Below the pieces are notes generated by a model, which was given only the letters and a program-made list of their open reading frames with translations, ran no database searches and was not told the DNA's origin. From assembly GCA_947625265.1 (NCBI GenBank), contig CANQNM010000003.1, positions 1 through 43,262 on the forward strand: a stretch of DNA of 43,262 nt, written 5' to 3'. Numbering within the stretch: position 1 is the first letter of the stretch; each line of letters opens with the position of its first letter. Source of the DNA: an uncultured Clostridia bacterium (GTDB lineage: Bacteria; Bacillota; Clostridia; Oscillospirales; CAG-272). Positions 39,293-43,262 of this stretch are shown piece by piece. A program made the position numbers and the translations under genes.

Positions 39293-40870
39293 TCAGTCAC
39301 CCATTTCCGCTACCGTATCCAAAAGCGACTTGCCGGACGCCGGTTTGCTGTCACCGTGACGCACGAACACCATGGTGACGAAGGACAGTCCCACAAACAC
39401 GGCGGCAAAGGGAAAAAAAGTGCGCATATTCAGATCCAGAAACAGGCCGGACAGTACCGGGCTCACGGTTTGCGCCGCCATGGAGGCGGTGTAGTAGTAG
39501 CCTGTATATTTGCCGGTGTTTTCGCCGGTGGCAAGTTCCACCACCATCGGGAAGGAATTGACGTTGATGGTCGCCCATCCGATACCCGCCAACATGAAAA
39601 GCGCAACGACCAGAAGAAAAGGGGAGGAGGAATCAAGGAACGACCCGGCCGCCAGCGCCGAGAAAAGCAGCGCAACGCCAACAAGAATCGCCTTTTTTCT
39701 GCCGACTTTGGAAGAAAGCATTCCAACGGGAATATAGGACGCAATGGCAGCAGCCTGCGCGATCAGCAGCGGAAGCGCATAGTCCATGCCCAAAACCGTC
39801 CCGGCGTAAACCGAATACTTGGAGGATACCGCGTTGTACCCCACATACCACAGCGCCACCGACAGCAGAATCAGCACAAGGGACGTCTTCTCCCCTTTCG
39901 ACAGTTTCTTTTTTCCGGATGTTTCTTCCTGTTCATTTACCGTCTCCAAAATACGGTTTTGTTCCTCCGCCTCCCTGCTCCATAGAGGTTCTTTTACCGT
40001 AAAAACAAACACCGCAAGCGAAAGCAGCATCAAGACCGTCACCACCGCGAAAAAGGGCGCGAATCCCATAAGGGCGTTTTGTGCCCTCCCAGTTCCCATA
40101 AGCATGCCCGCCGCCAGCACAATGATTCCGCCCGCGGCTCCCATGAGGTTGATTACGGCGTTGCCCTTGGAACGCAGGGGCTTGGGCGTCACATCGGGCA
40201 TCAGCGCCACAGCCGGTGAACGGTAGACGCCCATGGCCAAAAGAAGCGCAAAAAGCAGAACGATAAAGAGGATGAGCGCCGAAGGGTCGCTGGCCGTCGT
40301 CTGCGCGGCGTAGGCCTGACGCGCGGGAACTACATATTCCGTGTATGCAGCGGTCACATCGCCCTTCCCGTCGACCATCTCTATCGAGGTGAATTCCTCC
40401 CTGCTCATCAGTTCCTGAAGAGGATATTTCTTCACCTTCGAAAAAATGCCGTATTCGTCCGCATTGGATGTATGTTCGCTGCCCGGATGAATTTGAGGAT
40501 TGGCGTCGTAGAGCACTTCCAGGGAGGAACGGTAGTTCTTCGGACTGACCGCTTCCAATTTGGAAGTCTGCATAGCATCCGAAAACGTGAGCAAAAGCAG
40601 CGCGCAGCAGGAAATCACCGTTCCCACGACGACAAAGGGCGTTCGTTTGCCCCAACGACTTTTGCACTTATCCGAAAGAGCACCGAAAAAGGGTAGGAGA
40701 AAAAGAGCCAAAATATTGTCGAGCGCCATCACCGCCCCGGACCACGCCTGCGCCATACCGAATTTATCCGTGAGAATTTTTGGAATGATGGTCTCGTACG
40801 CCTGCCAGAACGCACAGATCAGAAAAAAAGCGAAGCCCACAAACACCGTTCTTCTGTAGTTCAGTTTCAT
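39293..40870 (-). CDS. MFS transporter (sugar/glycoside-type) with ~100-aa loop insertion
   Basis: About 12 TM helices; GALSDKCKSRWGKRTPF motif A, YRSPAVALMPD, GKYTGYYY. Confidence 0.88.
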   Translation of the reverse strand: MKLNYRRTVFVGFAFFLICAFWQAYETIIPKILTDKFGMAQAWSGAVMALDNILALFLLPFFGALSDKCKSRWGKRTPFVVVGTVISCCALLLLTFSDAMQTSKLEAVSPKNYRSSLEVLYDANPQIHPGSEHTSNADEYGIFSKVKKYPLQELMSREEFTSIEMVDGKGDVTAAYTEYVVPARQAYAAQTTASDPSALILFIVLLFALLLAMGVYRSPAVALMPDVTPKPLRSKGNAVINLMGAAGGIIVLAAGMLMGTGRAQNALMGFAPFFAVVTVLMLLSLAVFVFTVKEPLWSREAEEQNRILETVNEQEETSGKKKLSKGEKTSLVLILLSVALWYVGYNAVSSKYSVYAGTVLGMDYALPLLIAQAAAIASYIPVGMLSSKVGRKKAILVGVALLFSALAAGSFLDSSSPFLLVVALFMLAGIGWATINVNSFPMVVELATGENTGKYTGYYYTASMAAQTVSPVLSGLFLDLNMRTFFPFAAVFVGLSFVTMVFVRHGDSKPASGKSLLDTVAEMGD

Positions 40871-41035
40871 TGTTTTCTCCCAGAATAAAATTTCTCAAAT
40901 TCAGCGTTTCCGTACCTTTCCGCAAGAGCGCAGTTTCCATTGAACATTTGGCGTAACGTACAACAGTACAGTTCCAAGTCTCCGCCGCCGTCAAAAGTTT
41001 TGAAAAGGCCGAACAACCGATTGTATGCAGAGTGA

Positions 41036-41064
41036 AGTATACCATATTTTCCGCACGTTTTCAA
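41036..41064 (-). promoter_or_regulatory. sigmaA promoter of MFS-phosphodiesterase unit
   Basis: TTGAAA-17 bp-TATACT with extended TG; near-palindrome ACAACCGATTGT (41013-41024) just downstream. Confidence 0.7.
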
Positions 41065-41162
41065 CAATTTTTGGCCAAAGCGTTCTTTTTTTAAATACCA
41101 TATCAAAGGACAAAGATTTTTCCATCGGAAATCGAACCAACGCTTCAAACAATTTTAAACCA

Positions 41163-43118
41163 CTACAGATCCGTTTCGGGTATGAGACGCAGACCTGCCG
41201 CGTTTGCAAGCAGAAACACAAAAGACAGAAGAGCGGCCAAAAGCGGGACCCGCCCGTCGGTATAGCCGGCCGCGGACAGGATCATGCCGAAAAGAGAGAA
41301 AAGCGCGGAAATCCAAAGATTTTTCCGCATGACGGCGGCAGTGCGTTTTGAAAGACGAAACGCCCTGTAAAGTTCTTCGGCTGTCCCGGTTTTCAGTAAA
41401 ACATCGGCGCTTTCCCTGAGAATTTTTTCGCTTCCGAACAGAGCGACACTGACGTTTGACGCGGCAAAGCCGGGGATATCCCCCAACGATTCCCCGACAA
41501 CCGAAACCCGTTTGCCGCTTTGACGAACCTCCCTGATTCTTCGTCCTTTTTCAGCGGGAGACGCTGCGCAGACCCCACCGTCTGTCCCCAAACCGCATTT
41601 CGAAGTTTCCGCCGAACCGTCCGAAAAAAAGACGAAATCCACACCGGAATTTTTAAGCGCCGTCCGCGCCCTTTCCTCCCTTGACTGATTCTCTTCGCAT
41701 TGAGTTTTTTCAGGTTCGTTTGCGCCTTTGATCCCCTCCCCGTTGAACTTTACCGTCTTGTCGGATTCAATGGGTTTGCCGGATTCATCGGCTTTTTCTT
41801 TGACCGATTCCTTTTCGTCGTCTCCGCGACGGTCAAAAATCACAGTGTCGATTCTTCTCAAATCTTCAAGAGCGGCAGCCCGGTGAAACAGCACGCCCTC
41901 TTTGATACCTCTGCGCATACCCGCGGCGGCGGCAAGAAATACCGCCGTTTCGGGTGAAAAAATCGCGGAAACCGTCAGCATAAAGACACCGATTCTAAGA
42001 ACCGTCCCAGGATCTCTACAAAAGAACAGCCAAAACGCACAGACAAAAAACGTAACGCTCAACGCCGCACAGGCAAAATATTTCCCGAATTTTTTGGAAA
42101 TCTCCCTGACGGAATCCTCCTTGCCGCATATCTCCTCAAACGATGAGCAGATCTCTGAAAGCAGCGTATACTCCCCGGTTTTCTCAGCGACGAATCGGAA
42201 TTCATCCGTCAAATTTACAGTTCCGGCGTACACCTTTGCGCCGGGAAAAAGTTTCCGGGGCGTTTTGGTTCCCAGTAGAAGCGACTCATCTGCAAGCGAA
42301 GAACCACAAAGAATTTTTCCGTCCGCAGGAACGGTATCTCCTGCACGTACAACGGCGACGTCCCCCGGGAAAAGCGATGCTGCGGGTATCACGCGCAGTT
42401 GTCCGCCCGCGCACACCAGCGCGTGTTCGGGCATTAACTCCACAAGATTTTGAACGGTATGCGACGTATACTCGGTTTCGATTTTCAAAACCGTAAAATC
42501 CTTGAACGCCGCCAATGTGAGAATCATACCCGCCGGTACAAACAAGAGTGTCGGGGAAAACGCGGTAAAAATAAGGGCGCGAAGCATGTTGTAGACAGAA
42601 TACGCAGCGGCGGCTCCCACACCCGCCGAAACCAATGCGTCGGTGTTCGGCTTTCCCGAAAAAAGGGCGGGAATTCCTTTTCTGAAAGGTTCAAAATTGA
42701 AAAAAAGAATGGGAAGAAACAAAAAAATCTGAAGTACCGCGCGAAAATTTTGTTCCTCAAAAATTTCAAACCACTCGGTAAAAACCCTGCCGCCCGCGTC
42801 CACAAACAGCAGAAGCAGCAGAAAAATAAAGGAAATGGTCGCTCTAAACGCGCAAAACGGAATTTTTGCGTTCATGATTTTTCCGTCCCTTACAGCGACT
42901 GAAGAATGGGGCAAAAGGGTATAGCCCGCCCGAGAAACCGCCTCAAAGAGCGGCTGATCGTCGGTAAGATTGTCGGGAAGCGTCACAAGAACCGTTGCAA
43001 AGGACGGATGAATTTCGACAAAAGCCACTTCTTCGCAGGAAAGCAGCGCATTTTTTACCGTCTCACACTCGCGAGGGGTGGCATCCCGCATCCCCAGAAC
43101 CGTATATTTTTTTTGCAT
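41163..43118 (-). CDS. Degenerate P1B-type (CopA-like) ATPase homologue lacking catalytic motifs
   Basis: HMA-like N-terminus, PNTDALVS.G, GD..VVRAGDTVPADG, AGTVN, AALEDL..IDTVIFD and ESADVLL..MRKNLW are retained, but TGE, CPC, DKTGT and GDGxND are altered. RBS GAGGGAG before ATG 43118. Confidence 0.8.
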   Translation of the reverse strand: MQKKYTVLGMRDATPRECETVKNALLSCEEVAFVEIHPSFATVLVTLPDNLTDDQPLFEAVSRAGYTLLPHSSVAVRDGKIMNAKIPFCAFRATISFIFLLLLLFVDAGGRVFTEWFEIFEEQNFRAVLQIFLFLPILFFNFEPFRKGIPALFSGKPNTDALVSAGVGAAAAYSVYNMLRALIFTAFSPTLLFVPAGMILTLAAFKDFTVLKIETEYTSHTVQNLVELMPEHALVCAGGQLRVIPAASLFPGDVAVVRAGDTVPADGKILCGSSLADESLLLGTKTPRKLFPGAKVYAGTVNLTDEFRFVAEKTGEYTLLSEICSSFEEICGKEDSVREISKKFGKYFACAALSVTFFVCAFWLFFCRDPGTVLRIGVFMLTVSAIFSPETAVFLAAAAGMRRGIKEGVLFHRAAALEDLRRIDTVIFDRRGDDEKESVKEKADESGKPIESDKTVKFNGEGIKGANEPEKTQCEENQSREERARTALKNSGVDFVFFSDGSAETSKCGLGTDGGVCAASPAEKGRRIREVRQSGKRVSVVGESLGDIPGFAASNVSVALFGSEKILRESADVLLKTGTAEELYRAFRLSKRTAAVMRKNLWISALFSLFGMILSAAGYTDGRVPLLAALLSFVFLLANAAGLRLIPETDL

Positions 43119-43206
43119 AACTCCCTCTTCCCGGCAGAAAATTTGCCTGGCAAAAATTATATGTTTATATATTGCAAAAATTATCAAAGTGAAGACAAAG
43201 TCTTAT

Positions 43207-43256
43207 GCGGGGCTTTGCCCCGCGCCCCATTTAAGGGACTTTTTGGAAAAAGTCCC
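43207..43256. repeat. Double-hairpin palindromic element (REP-like), possibly cut by window end
   Basis: GCGGGGC-TTT-GCCCCGC then GGGACTTTTT-GG-AAAAAGTCCC. Confidence 0.5.
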
Positions 43257-43262
43257 CTAAAA

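Overview
Chromosomal segment of a moderately GC-rich bacterium. The gene content, sigmaA-type promoters and the Bacillota-type insertion in S12 point to Bacillota, most likely Clostridia. Left to right: the 3' part of guaB; an accessory block with a C-terminally extended ECF sigma factor, two paired ABC exporters and a decayed AT-rich remnant (radical-SAM N-terminus joined to the tail of a third ABC exporter); fucO; an SGNH/GDSL lipoprotein; a short-chain chromate-transporter pair; a DUF4317-like gene; a small hypothetical; a sugar epimerase/oxidoreductase pair with a divergent frameshifted AraC regulator; trmO; an ABC ATPase plus FtsX-type permease; an ArsR/SmtB-HMA-P1B ATPase metal-efflux operon preceded by an 8-copy ~15.5-bp tandem array; a CotH-family lipoprotein; mtnN-luxS; VTC plus DUF4956; FMN riboswitch-ribU; the str operon (rpsL-rpsG-fusA-tuf); a glycerophosphodiester phosphodiesterase; an MFS transporter; and an intact but catalytically degenerate P1B-ATPase-like gene. 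No rRNA, tRNA, CRISPR array or transposase was recognised. All family assignments come from motif recognition, not database searches.
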